Shown: piece after piece, positions 24,861 through 36,812 of the stretch
How the letters are laid out: every line of letters starts with the position of its first letter
Position numbering within the stretch: the first letter of the stretch is position 1
Assembly: GCA_964016885.1 (NCBI GenBank)
Contig: OZ024740.1
Coordinates: 429,598,001 to 429,662,000 of the forward strand
Reading direction: 5' to 3'
Source: Eledone cirrhosa
Lineage: Eukaryota
Length of the DNA: 64,000 nucleotides
Translations under genes and position numbers: made by a program
The notes under the pieces: model-generated
What the model saw: the letters and a program-made list of their open reading frames with translations, nothing else
Databases searched by the model: none
What the model was told of the DNA's origin: nothing

Positions 24861-27800
24861 GTGACACCACGTATACCATCCGAGTCTACATCGACTGTCG
24901 TGGAATATACTATCGATAATGATAATCAAAAGTATAAACAATTGAAAATTTCCCTCAACGGAATCTTCCAGAGAGAAATTAACTCATGTATAAATATCTC
25001 TCTGGCTGAACGTGTTAAAATGACAATGGTGAATAAAAAACCAAATAATGAAATAATACGTGTTATTGACGAAATAGGGGATGAATATTTACGACGGATA
25101 AAAACCCCAACATTTTGGCAAATCAACGCCTGTTTATATGCTTTAGCAATGACAGTGAAGCATTATCTTGGTGATAGCAGAGATATTAACAAGAACAAAA
25201 CACCACCAAAAATACCATCATATATAACTAAAATAGAAAAAAAGAGTGCTGACCTACGAAAAAACATAGGACATGTGACAATGCTCCTTACATGCAAACA
25301 AACACAAAAAAACCTCACTCCTCACCAACAAAGAGTGAAAAATAAAATAGAGACGATGTTTGATAACAGTAGAACCAGAACTCTCCAATATAAGCTGATC
25401 CCCCTCAAACAAGAATTGAGAGCTGTTAGCGAAAAACGCCGATACCTGAAGAAGGTAGATGAGAGAAAAATGCTTATTAAAAGATTCAGATGAAACCAAA
25501 CATCAGTCTATAGAGATATGAAGGGTAAAATAATAAGTGTCACTGAGGCCCCATCCCAGAAAGACATAGATTCCTTTTGGAGAAAAATATGGGGTGAAAA
25601 GAAGAATTTCAACCAAGATGCAGTGTGGCTAAGAGAAATCCGAAAGAACTATTGCTCCTACACTACAACAAAAACATACGAAATAAGTGAGGGTACCCTT
25701 GAGACTGTGATAGGAAAACTCCAAGATAAGAAAACACCAGGAAGAGACATGATTGTCGGCTACTGGCACAAAAAACTAATATTCTATCGGAGGTATCTTA
25801 CTGACCTCTACCAACAAGTTCTTAAGGGAGATACACTTATACCAGAATGGTTGACATTAGCACAAACGCTACTGGTCCCCAAGAACAAAGACACCCACTT
25901 GGCAAAAAACTACCGACCCATTGCATGCCAGAACCTGATGTATAAGATGTATACATCCTGCCTGAACCTATTCCCCCAAGATCACTGTGAAAATAATAAC
26001 ATCATTACAGATGAAAAAGCAGCTGGAAAGAAAAGGGTTTGGGGATGTGCTGAACAACTCCTAATCAACAAAACTGCGATGTCGGAGGTGCGACAACTTA
26101 GGAGGAATATGACTACAGGCTGGCTGGACTACAAGAAAGCTTTCGATTCTGTTCCCCGCTCTTGGATGATAGAGGCCCTCCAACTTGCTAAAGTCCCAGA
26201 CATTATTGTCAGAGCCATAGAGAGACTGTCTTCTTCTTGGGCTACTATCCTAAGGTTAAAGACAGAGAGGGAGGACTCTATTTTCACTGATAAAATAAAA
26301 TATTGCAGGGGTATATTTCAGGGGGACAGTCTCTCTGTGATATTGTTCATCTTGTCATTAAACCCCTTGTCCTTTCTGCTCAAGAAATGTGAGGGATACA
26401 TCATTGGCTCACAGGAGGACAAAAATACGATCCTAACCCATAACTTCTTTGTGGACGATCTGAAACTCTATGCCAAGAATATGGATGGGATGAAGAAAAA
26501 TCTTGACCTGGTTACAATGTTCTCAAAGGATATAGGAATGGACTTTGGCCAAGATAAATGCTCATACATGACTGTAAAGCGGGGAAAATCAACAACCCAA
26601 TCTAGCAACATTGTCATCAATGGTCTAACTGTTTCAGCGATATCTGATGAGGACTGCTACAGATACCTGGGGATAGATGAGAACATATCCTATAATGGTA
26701 TCTGTAATAAAGAACGCGTAACCAGGGAATACTACACCCGATTAAGAAAGATCTGGTCATCGGAACTCTCTGCGCAAAACAAAACAGTGGCTCACAATGT
26801 GTTTGCTGTGCCTGTCCTAACACCAACGTTTGGAATACTCAATTGGACGATAGACGAAATCCGAGAAGTTGATGTTGGAACTCGAAAAATACTAAACAAC
26901 ACCGGAAACTTCCACATCAACAGTGACATAGACCGCCTTTACTTGAAACGTAAGCAGGGAGGCAGAGGCCTAACATCAGTCCAGACAACATTTGAATGTC
27001 GCATCATATCTCTCCGACAACATCTACGAACCTCGAAGCGTAGGAGCCCGTTTCTCGAGCAAGTCTATCTGCATGAAACAGATAAGATCATGAGAGTTGG
27101 GAAGGAACTCCTTGAGAGATATTCCCTGTGTGATAATCAAAAACTCACACCCAGGGATGTCGCTCAGCAGTATCGCAGTGAATCCATGGATGAAAAACTG
27201 CATGCCTATCAGCAAAAAATCATGCATGGATATGTTGCCAGGAAGCTCCAGAGTGAGAGTAATATAGATAAGGAAAGTAGTCTATCTTGGACCAACAACC
27301 GCTATATTGGCTCCCACTTTGAAGGATACGCTTTTGCAATCCAGGAACAGGAGATTAGCACGAAATACCTGATTCACGAAAGATATAGGGATGCAGGCAA
27401 AACACCTAGATGTGATAACAAGTGCAGACTCTGCAGAACTAACATCGAGGATATCACCCATGTCATCAGCAGCTGCCCAAAGATGTCATCGCGGTTCTAT
27501 CTACCTATGAGGCATGATGTAGTGGCCAAAACACTGTACAATGCAGTTCGTAAAAAAGATAGCCCCGATAATAAAAACATTAAAAGCTACAGCAATGTGG
27601 AAGACATCCATGTACATAATATGAAGGAGTACTGGTGGAATGTTCCAGTAAAAACCCCAATAAAATGAAGGCATAACAGACCAGATATTATGATATGGGA
27701 CAGGGAGAAGAAAACATGCACAGTAGTGGAAATTAGCTGCCCAGCAGATGCCAATATAATATCAAAGATTAGTGAAAAGGAGAATATTTATGCAGAACTG

Positions 27801-28016
27801 ATGAGAAATCTGCCGATACGCCACCCTAATTACACCTTCAGATTTATGCCTGTGATTGTTGGGGTACTGGGATATGTTAGTAACTGCCTCAATACAAATC
27901 ATGAGAAGATAGGCTTCACAGGAACATAAAGAACACAACTAGTTAGGAAATTACAAGTACAATCCATTAATGGAACAGTAAAAATATGTAAAACATTCCA
28001 AAAATTTTGCATCTAA
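24861..28016 (+). pseudogene. RT + CCHC + restriction-like endonuclease polyprotein with three in-frame stops
   Basis: Motifs NYRPIAC, WLDYKKAFDSV, GIFQGDSLS, FFVDDLKLY, YRYLG, CRLC..EDITHVISSC, RHD, RPD..VEISCP and LQ..GTVKICKTF*. Stops at 25491, 27666 and 27927 are all in one frame. Confidence 0.93.
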
Positions 28017-28244
28017 TAACTGCATATACACATGTACAGATACAAAGCATATACACATGCACACATACAATTCAAAACATCCACATCCACACATACAATA
28101 ACATCCATATCTACACATGCATGCATACATACATATCTACCTAGTTGATGTTGTGTAAATTCCAATGAAACAGTCTTGTCTCTATGTTAGAAACCGACTC
28201 TCTCTCTATAGGTAAAACTTTGTGAAATTATAAAACCAGAAGAA
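24862..28244 (+). mobile_element. R4/Dong-type non-LTR retrotransposon, 5'-truncated, with (CATA)n tail
   Basis: Single reading frame with RT, CCHC and REL domains; 3' UTR ends at ...AAAACCAGAAGAA, followed by (CATA)n. Confidence 0.92.
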
Positions 28245-28488
28245 CATACATACATACATACATACATACATACATACATACATACACACACACAAACATA
28301 CATACATACATACATACATACATACATACATACATACACACAAACATACATACACACAAACATACATACATACATACATACATACATACATACATACAAA
28401 CATACATACATACATACACACACACAAATATACATACATACACACACACAAATATACATACATACATACATAGATACATACATACATA

Positions 28489-29098
28489 CATGGTGGCTGC
28501 CAACTCGTTTTCGAGTACGGCCACTACTTTATATCCATGTAGGAGAACCCCTACCGATGCGCTGAACGAATGTGACTTTTTAGTCCAGCCAGCGACTTGA
28601 AAACTCTGGTACAAAGACTACACTTGTGACCATTATTGACACATAGTGCAGGGCCCATGGTACCATGTGATGACAAGTGCAGAGAGATCTCCAGATATAA
28701 AGCAATGCCTGTGCTGTGAAGCTTTTATAGTGAGCAAAGGCACTGCACAAAGCCAGTCCCACTCTCTTAACCAAGATGATATTTACCAAAAAGAAGAACA
28801 AGTCAACATCATTGGATACCATCAGAGTTGCAGGTGTTATATCAGAGTTTTCCTTCTCCTAGAATTCTGCCTTGACAAAGGCTAAGGGGTCATCTCTCCC
28901 GGTGATTTTGGATGGCTATTGAGTCTTAAGAGCTCCCTTGCCCTTTGACAGGTTTTGTTTTTAGTCCTGCAGGATGTCCAAAGTCACCCTCCTCACCAAG
29001 AAACCTTGGTGGGGTTGCCAGTTTAGTCGCCAACGACCCGACCATGAGACAGGTTGTACTGGGATACATGTTACCAGTAGCACCAACTGGTGACCTGA
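28489..29098 (-). mobile_element. RTE-derived non-autonomous element, family A, apparently full length (~610 bp)
   Basis: RTE-like 5' UTR block, a C2H2 remnant (HKCS.CTRVFKS), 3' stem-loop GGCCGTACTCGAAAACGAGTTGGCAGCC and a (TATG)n tail. Other copies at 30101-30641, 48139-48684, 54413-54988 and 62541-62687. Confidence 0.8.
29018..29095 (-). ncRNA. HDV-like self-cleaving ribozyme candidate
   Basis: P1 GGUCA/UGGUC, J1/2 hairpin CCAGU..ACUGG, P2 CCAGU/ACUGG, CC in L3 with GG (P1.1), P4 GUCG-UUGG-CGAC, then UAA. P3 is imperfect. Confidence 0.6.
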
Positions 29099-29135
29099 CA
29101 TACATACATACATACATACATACATACATACATAC

Positions 29136-29567
29136 CAAGCTTGCTTGGTGAGGCGGGTGATTTTGGACCCCTCTCGGGGATGAAAAACAAAACCCGCCAA
29201 AGGGCGGAGGAACTCAGGTGGGTCAATTGTCATCCAATAAAGTTTTTTTTGTGTGTGGAGCGAGAGACGGCAATCATCATTAAGACATCTCTCTAGAAGG
29301 TCACTCTGATATAAAACCTGCGACTTCGTTTGTATCCAATGGCGGAGACCAGTTCCACTTTTGGGGTAAATACATTCCATGTTCAGAGAGTGTGATTGGC
29401 TCCGTGCAAAGACTTTCCTCACTTAAAAAAGCTTCAAGCAAGGCATTGGTTGATATGTGACATCTTTTGCGATGCATGTTATTGCTGGCCATAGAATTAA
29501 TTAATAATTACTAATAATGGTATATCGTGCAATGGCCATACCTCGATAACGAGGAGGCAGCTATCAT
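29136..29567 (+). mobile_element. RTE-derived non-autonomous element, family B
   Basis: Ends GCAATGGCCATACCTCGATAACGAGGAGGCAGCTATC followed by (ATGT)n. Homologous copy at about 55053-55400(-). Confidence 0.7.
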
Positions 29568-29596
29568 GTATGTGTGTATGTATGTATGTATGTATG

Positions 29597-29686
<90 letters not shown>

Positions 29687-30100
29687 CGTGTGTGTAAAGT
29701 ATGGCCTTTATGATAATGTACAAACGAATCATCAGGGACCACTTCAATGTGACTTATTTACTGAAAGTATGAAACTTTTATATATTGAAATACTAACCAT
29801 TACTTAAGGGACTCAGTCACATACACACAGACACATACATACACACAGACACACACATATGCATACACATATACACACACACGTATACACACATACATTC
29901 ATATACACACACATACACTTATTACATATTTCTAAGTATTATATTTGTTGCTGCCCGCTTTTATTGAGCCGTGAAATAATTTTACTAAATCGTAGAGAAT
30001 GTGAGGCGTTATTGATAGGAAGGCTTCTGACATTCTTACCACTCCTCTCACACTTCTCCTCCCCTTCCCTGATACGCAACTATTTCATATATATATATAT

Positions 30101-30641
30101 ATGATGGCTGCCAACGCGTTTTCGAGTACGGCCACTACTTTATATCCATGTAGGAGAACCCCTACCGATGCGCTGAACGAGTGTGACTTTTGAGTCCAGC
30201 CAGACTTGAAAACTCTGGTACAAACACTACACCTGTGACAATTATTGACACATAGTGCTGGGCCCATGGTACCATGTGACGACAAGTGCAGAGAGATCTC
30301 CAGATATAAAGCAATGCCTGTGCCCTGAGCTTTTATAGTGAGCAAAGGCACTGCACAAAGCCAGTCCCACTCTCTTAACCAAGATATTTACCAAAAAGAA
30401 GAACAAGTCAACATCATTGGATACCATCAGAGTTGCAGGTGTTATATCAGAGTTTTACTTCTCCTAGAATTCTGCCTTGACAAAGGCTAAGGGGTCATCT
30501 CTCACAGTGATTTTGGATGGCCATTGACTCTTAAGAGCTCCTTTGCCCTTTGACAGGTTTTGTTTTTAGTCCTGCAGGATGTCCAAAGTCACCCTCCTCA
30601 CCAAGAAACCTTGGTGGGGTTGTCAATGACCCGACCATGAG
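30101..30641 (-). mobile_element. RTE-derived element, family A
   Basis: High identity to 28489-29050. Confidence 0.8.
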
Positions 30642-30660
30642 ATATATATATATATATATA

Positions 30661-30717
<57 letters not shown>

Positions 30718-30718
<1 letters not shown>

Positions 30719-31800
30719 GAGGGGGGGGGGGGTCAAAAAGTTCGCGGAATTTTTCAGAAAATATTCTATTTTTCAAAATATATATGATTTACCTTCAATT
30801 TATTTTCCTACATAGATGCTATCCAGGTCAATACACTTCACAAGGCGATGCTTCCAGCTTCGTAAGCCGTCTCTAAAGAAAGTTGAAGGCCTTGTTCGAA
30901 GCCATGTGTTGGCAGTGTTTTTAGCTTTTTCAACACCACTAAAACGGGTTCCTTTTAGCATTTCTTTGAGTTTTGGAAAGAGGAAAAAGTCTGATGGGGC
31001 TAAATCTGGACTATAAGACGGGTGAGGAAGCACTTCCCATCGAAATTCTCGAACTTCTTTTGCAACCCGCACAGAATGTGCTGGTGCATTGTCATGGTGA
31101 AACAAGATCCCACCATGAAGTTTCCCTTTTCGTTTCTAGACTAATGCCTCTTTCAGCTTCCTTAAAACAGTTGCATAGTAAGCTCCTGTCACAGTTCTTT
31201 GACCTTCAAGATAATCTATTAGTATCACCCCATCTGAATCCCAGAAAATGGTGGCCATCACTTTTTGATCCGACTTTTGAGATTTGAACTTGATTGGCCC
31301 CAATGATCCACGTGGAAGCCACTGTTTTGACTGCTGTTTGGATTCAGCATCATACTGGTAGATCCAGTTTTCATCTCCAGTGATCATTCTGGTCAGGAAA
31401 TGCTCTTCATCAACTTCAATTTTGTTTAATATCGTCAAAGACAGATCACTTCGAAGAATCAGCTGATCAGGGCGCAACGCTTTTGGGACCCATCGCACTG
31501 AAAGCTTGCTTAGTCCCAAATTATCGTGCAGAATTGAATTTGCCGAACCATATGAAATGTCTAGGGACTTAGCTAACTGATTAACTGTTATTCTTCGATC
31601 TTCTTCAATTAAAATCTGAGCAGCCTCAACGTTTTGGTCATTTTTTGATGTTCCTAGTCTTCCATTGCGATGGTCGTCTTCAAGGTCGTCTCTCCCTTGT
31701 TTGAATCGCTGAATCCACTTGTAGACAGCAGTTTTCTTTGCAGCAGTAGTACCGTAAACTTTAACTAAAGCCTCCATAATCTGTGTCCCATAACTATTTT
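30718..31800 (-). mobile_element. mariner (DD34D) transposon relic; one TIR, 5' end lost
   Basis: WVPKAL, ITGDENW, HHDNAPAH, YSPDLAPSDFFLF; in-frame stop at 31136. TIR CGAGGGGG..TCAAAAAGTTC follows a TA. Confidence 0.92.
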
Positions 31801-31874
31801 CCATTGTTCCCAAAAGAGGTTTTTTAAAGTGTGTCAGTACTGTACAATAGTCCACGCATAACTGACTACAAGTT

Positions 31875-31939
31875 TATTTCATTATACATATTTCAAGGAC
31901 ACCAAGTCAAATTATGGTGCGCTTTCATCAGATAAAATA
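31875..31939 (-). ncRNA. Minimal type I hammerhead candidate in a PLE-like fragment ending in a 26-bp-arm hairpin (31986-32038)
   Basis: TATTTTAT-CTGATGA-...-GAAA-TATGTATA-ATGAAATA; duplicate at 49978-50042. Confidence 0.65.
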
Positions 31940-32036
31940 TAATATAGATCAGTTTTATAAATAAATATTGACATACCCTTAAAGAATGCGACCATTTCTG
32001 TTGGAAGCTCCGGGAGCTTCCAACAGAAATGGTCGC

Positions 32037-32091
<55 letters not shown>

Positions 32092-32094
<3 letters not shown>

Positions 32095-32351
32095 TAAACC
32101 GACGGTAGTCGGTTTAGTAATATTGTTGTCTTAGTGATTTCGTTGGCAATCGTCTCTTTACAGCATTATTAGAATGTCTTCCGATTATCAAAATCACATG
32201 AAAGTTATATGAGCATGGAGAGTAAATCATTGCACATCTCTTAAGCTAAAAATCTCGAAATTTCGTTCAGCACAAAAAAAGTTATGATCAAAGTTTGCTG
32301 AAAAAAACTGTGTTCAAGTGAGTAAGTGAGTGAGTAAGGGTGACGCTCTGT
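32092..32351 (+). mobile_element. Isolated 260-bp copy of the Helentron-like 5' end
   Basis: Near-identical to 32576-32840. Confidence 0.7.
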
Positions 32352-32368
32352 TATACATACATATATAT

Positions 32369-32401
<33 letters not shown>

Positions 32402-32880
32402 TACATACATACATATATATACATACATACATATATACATACATATATATATACATACATACATACATATATATATATATATACATACATACATACATAC
32501 ATATATATATATATATACATACATACATACATACATATATATATATATACACATACATACATACATATACATATATCCTAAACCGACGGTAGTCGGTTTA
32601 GTAATATTGTTGTCTTAGTGATTTCGTTGGCAATCGTCTCTTTACAGCATTATTAGAATGTCTTCCGATTATCAAAATCACATGAAAGTTATATGAGCAT
32701 GGAGAGTAAATCATTGCACATCTCTTATATAAGCTAAAAATCTCGAAATTTCGTTCAGCACAAAAAAGGTTATGATCAAAGTTTGCTGAAAAAAACTGTG
32801 TTCAAGTGAGTAAGTGAGTGAGTAAGGGTGACGCTCTGTGCATTTGATGCATCTCTTGGGACCGGTCAGAGGAGGATAAG

Positions 32881-33441
32881 GGGTTATTCGGGGTGCGGCG
32901 CTTATTCGAACCCTCCCCCAGTGACTGCGATTATTCGGGGTGCGGCGCTTATTCGAACCCTCCCCCCGCTTATTCGAACCCTCCCCCCAGTGACTGCGAT
33001 TATTCGGGGTGCGGCGCTTATTCGAACCCGCCCCCCAGTGACTGCGGTTATTCGGGGTGCGGCGCTTATTCGAACCCTCCCCCCAGTGACTGCGATTATT
33101 CGGGGTGCGGCGCTTATTCGAACCCTCCCCCCAGTGACTGCGGTTATTCGGGGTGCGGCGCTTATTCGAACCCTCCCCCAGTGACTGCGATTATTCGGGG
33201 TGAGGCGGTTATTCGAACCCCCCCCCCCCACAGTGACTGCGGTTATTCGGGGTGCGGCGCTTATTCGAACCCCCCCCACAGTGACTGCGATTATTCGGGG
33301 TGAGGCGCTTATTCGAACCCTCCCCCAGTGACTGCTGTTATTTGGGGTGAGGGTCTTATTCGAACCCCCCCTAGTGACTGCGGTTATTCGGGGTGCGGTG
33401 GTTATTTGAACCCCCCCCCCCCCCCCAGTGACTGCGGTTAT
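32881..33441. repeat. 47-48-bp GC-rich minisatellite
   Basis: GGTTATTCGGGGTGCGGCGCTTATTCGAACCCTCCCCCCAGTGACTGC; the array at 38288-38646 is 202 bp shorter. Confidence 0.95.
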
Positions 33442-33767
33442 TTTTTTGAATTTGAATTTTAAATGTTGATACAATGTGGCAGTAAACATTAATCATTGAG
33501 CTAATTAGGAGCTATTATGTTCTCCTATCTCGCGATAAGTGGTCACACGTTGCAAACTAGTTGAGGTTGTCTTCTATTTATATTCAAATGAGTAATCACT
33601 CACTGCATTGTTCTCTTTCAAAGCAGTCGCTGATTGATATACTAGAAATTCAGAAAATCATTTGGATTTGTACTAATAGTTGTGAATAGTTGTGCTATTT
33701 TTTGTACCGATAGGTGCGAGTAGTGAACTCATTTGCGATAGGTGCGAATAGTGTGCTCATTTGACAT

Positions 33768-34430
33768 ATGAAAATGACGTCTCTCGGCTTTTTTATCGGC
33801 TTATTTATTTTGACTATTACAAATGAAAAATTTGTTTCCCTGCAAAAGTCTCGCCAAAATGGTCGCAAAAAAAATCGCAAAAGGTCACTTCATACGTTTC
33901 GCGGCTTTCGAAAAAAGTCACCATATACGTTTCGCGGCTTTTTGATCGGCTTATTACTTTTTTGCCTGGCGCGAAAATGCAATATTTCCATTTCGAATGA
34001 AACAATTCCACAATCGGGCAATTCGAATGATGAAATTCACATTCAGGCGGCTTTTTACAAATCCAATAAACGAATTTACCCGATTTCCAATCAGAAATAT
34101 AGAACACGTGCACTGATCTTATCATTGCTTATTATCGGTTGTGTTGAATTAAATCCTGGACCTGAATTTGAATTCAATGAGACTGATAGTGCTTCCGAAT
34201 GTCCCAAAGATCAAAAAATTCATAAAGAGAATGAAAAACGGAGAAAAAATGCCATTAGGAATAGGGAGTATAAAAAACGGAAAGCTGCTGAAATAAAAGA
34301 AAAAAGACAATCAGAACAAGCAAAACATATGAATAATGCATACCAAAAAGCGCGTGAAGAAAATACAAAAATCCAAAAAAAATTATCATGTGAAAAATTG
34401 ACAAAAAATCGACAAAAATGGCGTGCGTGA
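33768..34430 (+). CDS. 220-aa ORF with 2A-like motif (LLIIGCVELNPGP) and basic coiled-coil; probable truncated transposon protein N-terminus
   Basis: Motif at 34137-34163. The ORF decays into ~74-bp repeats (34350-34612). Identical protein at 38973-39635. Confidence 0.5.
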   Translation: MKMTSLGFFIGLFILTITNEKFVSLQKSRQNGRKKNRKRSLHTFRGFRKKSPYTFRGFLIGLLLFCLARKCNISISNETIPQSGNSNDEIHIQAAFYKSNKRIYPISNQKYRTRALILSLLIIGCVELNPGPEFEFNETDSASECPKDQKIHKENEKRRKNAIRNREYKKRKAAEIKEKRQSEQAKHMNNAYQKAREENTKIQKKLSCEKLTKNRQKWRA

Positions 34431-35080
34431 AGAAAATCCAAAAATCCAAAAAAAAATTATCATGTGAAAAATTGACAAAAAATCGACAAAAATGGCGCGC
34501 GTGAAAAAAAATAAAAAAAACCCAAAAAAATTTGCATGTGAAAAATTGACAAAAAATCGACCAAAAATGGCGCGCGTGAAAAAAATCCCAAAAAAATTTG
34601 CATGTGAAAATTGATATTTGCCTTCTATTGCATTAGAATTTGTCATGTTTAATTAAAATGTTATTTTCAACTAAATGCAAATGGTGCAAATTTGCTCCAT
34701 TTAGATTCAGTTGTTAATGCTCACCTACTAATTTAAAAAAATTGTATTTTCTTAAATGACTCTTATTTATCATAAGTTAATATTTTTAAGATAGGTGAGT
34801 GCTCCACGATCTGACCTATGTCCCCGCCATGTGGAGTGGATGCTTGTACCAATTAGATAAAATATCTCAACTTATTTCTGTGACTCCAATGCACAGGCTG
34901 ACACTGTAGCTTGAATTAAATTCAAAATTGGTACAAGTAACTAAGAGGTCACAAAAGAATAGCTTCACTTTCACCTATAGTTTTCATTAACATCATTTTT
35001 GGGATTTTTTGATAGAAGTAACTAAAGTAATAACTATTTAATTAAGTAGTTGTTGTTTGCATTGCCTTGAAAAATAGGAA

Positions 35081-36197
35081 ACTAGCTAGAAAAATGCGTA
35101 CAGCAAAAAAAAGTAATATTGTTGGAACAAACCTTTAAAAATACAGGACAAGGAAGTAAGATAAACCTTTAAAAATACAGGACAAAGAACTAAGATAAAA
35201 CTTTAAAAGAATAGGACAAGGAATATAAATTTTTACAATAATATTAGTGGCAAAAATTTTATTGGAAAAATAGATAATTGATCAAATAAAAGTGATTTAT
35301 TTGAGTAACATGAAATTACTTAATGAGAAATATCAATACAATGAAATTGATCCCTGTCTTGTGTTCCTCCTCCAAGTCCGAGTTGTACCAACTGGTTCAT
35401 TGGTTCATGAGGAAGTGGGCCAGGAAAAATGTAGGAAAAGTCATCATGGTTCATTTCTGTTCTTCCCTTCTACTCGAGCCCCCTCAGCGCCTGCATCCCC
35501 CAGCTACAATGACTCCCAAATCAGCAGTCTGTTGCTCCTGCACCAACGCCTCCACCTCCTCCCCCCTCGTCGCCTGCTTCAACTTTCATCATTGCTGCGC
35601 CAACATGCCCAGTGCTGTCTGGAAGTGGTTCAACGAGTCCGGCGCCGGCTTCACCTGCTTCAAGTGCTCTCCCAGGAAGAAGCACTCTGCCCTATCCACC
35701 TGCCCTTCTACCACTGCCCATGAAGCCAGTCCGGAACCGTCAACCGTGCCTCAAAGTGTCATCGAGGACCAGCAGGATTCCGAGTCGAACACGGGCCCAT
35801 TCACCTTGGTCACTCGCCGTCATCGTCCCAGAGTCAAGACCCGTACCCCTCCCTCTCCCCCTCCAGTTCCTGCTCCGACCCAGTCCGAGTTGCGCCGGGT
35901 CATCCGCGAGGAGTTGGACCGGGAAAGATGACAGACAAGTGATCATGGTTGGAGTGGATGCATGCGGAACATCATAGTTGTAATTGGTGTAATGATGGAA
36001 ACTCAATTTTTTACCAATTGAATTTTGCCACTAATATTATTGTAAAAATTTATATTCCTTGTCCTATTCTTTTAAAGTTTTATCTTAGTTCTTTGTCCTG
36101 TATTTTTAAAGGTTTATCTTACTTCCTTGTCCTGTATTTTTAAAGGTTTGTTCCAACAATATTACTTTTTTTTGCTGTACGCATTTTTCTAGCTAGT
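35081..36197. mobile_element. Fold-back cassette: ~175-bp internally repetitive inverted repeats enclosing a LINE ORF1 fragment
   Basis: 35081-35255 is the reverse complement of 36023-36197; each arm has three ~34-bp subrepeats. Copy at 40286-41402. Confidence 0.75.
35509..35970 (+). pseudogene. CR1/L2-type LINE ORF1 fragment (degenerate PHD finger)
   Basis: CCSC...C..FHHCC...W...FTCFKC, then ELRRVIREELDRER and frameshifted RQVIMVGV. GC-rich island in an AT-rich context. Copy at 40714-41175. Confidence 0.65.
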
Positions 36198-36644
36198 ATA
36201 TATATGTATATATATATATAAATGTAATCTGAGTTTTTCGAATATTAATAATAACATTCGATTCGTTTGCAATTATGCAAACACGCCTCAATTTTATAGC
36301 CATGTCAGTTGAATGAACACTTCATTCTTGCTCCTGTGTTGGCATGTAAACAGAACTGCAGACACTAATGTTTCTGGATATCACCCTTCATCAGTACAGC
36401 TCACTCTGCCCCTGGCAAACTGTCAGAGCTAGTGAAAATATATGCTATTTTCAAAAATATACAGTGACTGATCGGCCTAATTTGCATATTAGCAGACTGA
36501 CTGATCAGTCAGATCTGCATATTAGCAGATCCACTGATCAGCCAGATTTGTATATCAGCAGACTTCTGTATACGAGCGATAAATGGCCGGCTTTGCCAAA
36601 TTCTGAATACAATAATTGCTGAATACAATAAATGTAATCAGATT

Positions 36645-36812
36645 ACATATGAGCATGCGCTGTGGTGTCCACTCTAGACCATGCATATACATATGAGCAT
36701 GCGCTGTGGTGTCCACTCTACACCATGCATATACATATGAGCATACGCTGTGGTGTCCACTCTACACCATGCATATACATATGAGCATGCGCTGTGGTGT
36801 CCACTCTAGACC
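36645..36812. repeat. 44-bp tandem repeat, just under 4 units
   Basis: ACATATGAGCATGCGCTGTGGTGTCCACTCTAGACCATGCATAT; copy at 41850-42017. Confidence 0.9.

Larger units (their letters stand above)
32576..36197 (+). mobile_element. Helentron/Helitron-like non-autonomous element (3' boundary uncertain)
   Basis: Starts A|TC with terminal hairpin CTAAACCGAC-GGTA-GTCGGTTTAG (DINE-1/HINE-like). Contains ~48-bp and ~74-bp tandem arrays and a 2A-like ORF; possible CTAG|T end at 36196. Second copy at 37983-41402. Confidence 0.5.

Noticed and set aside
25491-27929. In-frame TGA codons in the R4/Dong ORF as selenocysteine or read-through
   Set aside because: A third stop is TAA, other conserved residues are also decayed, and no SECIS could be identified. 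Ordinary pseudogenisation is simpler.
32828-33489. Repetitive proteins (GAALIRTLPPVTAIIR, SGCGAYSNPPP)
   Set aside because: Translations of the 48-bp minisatellite; unit length varies and breaks the frame.
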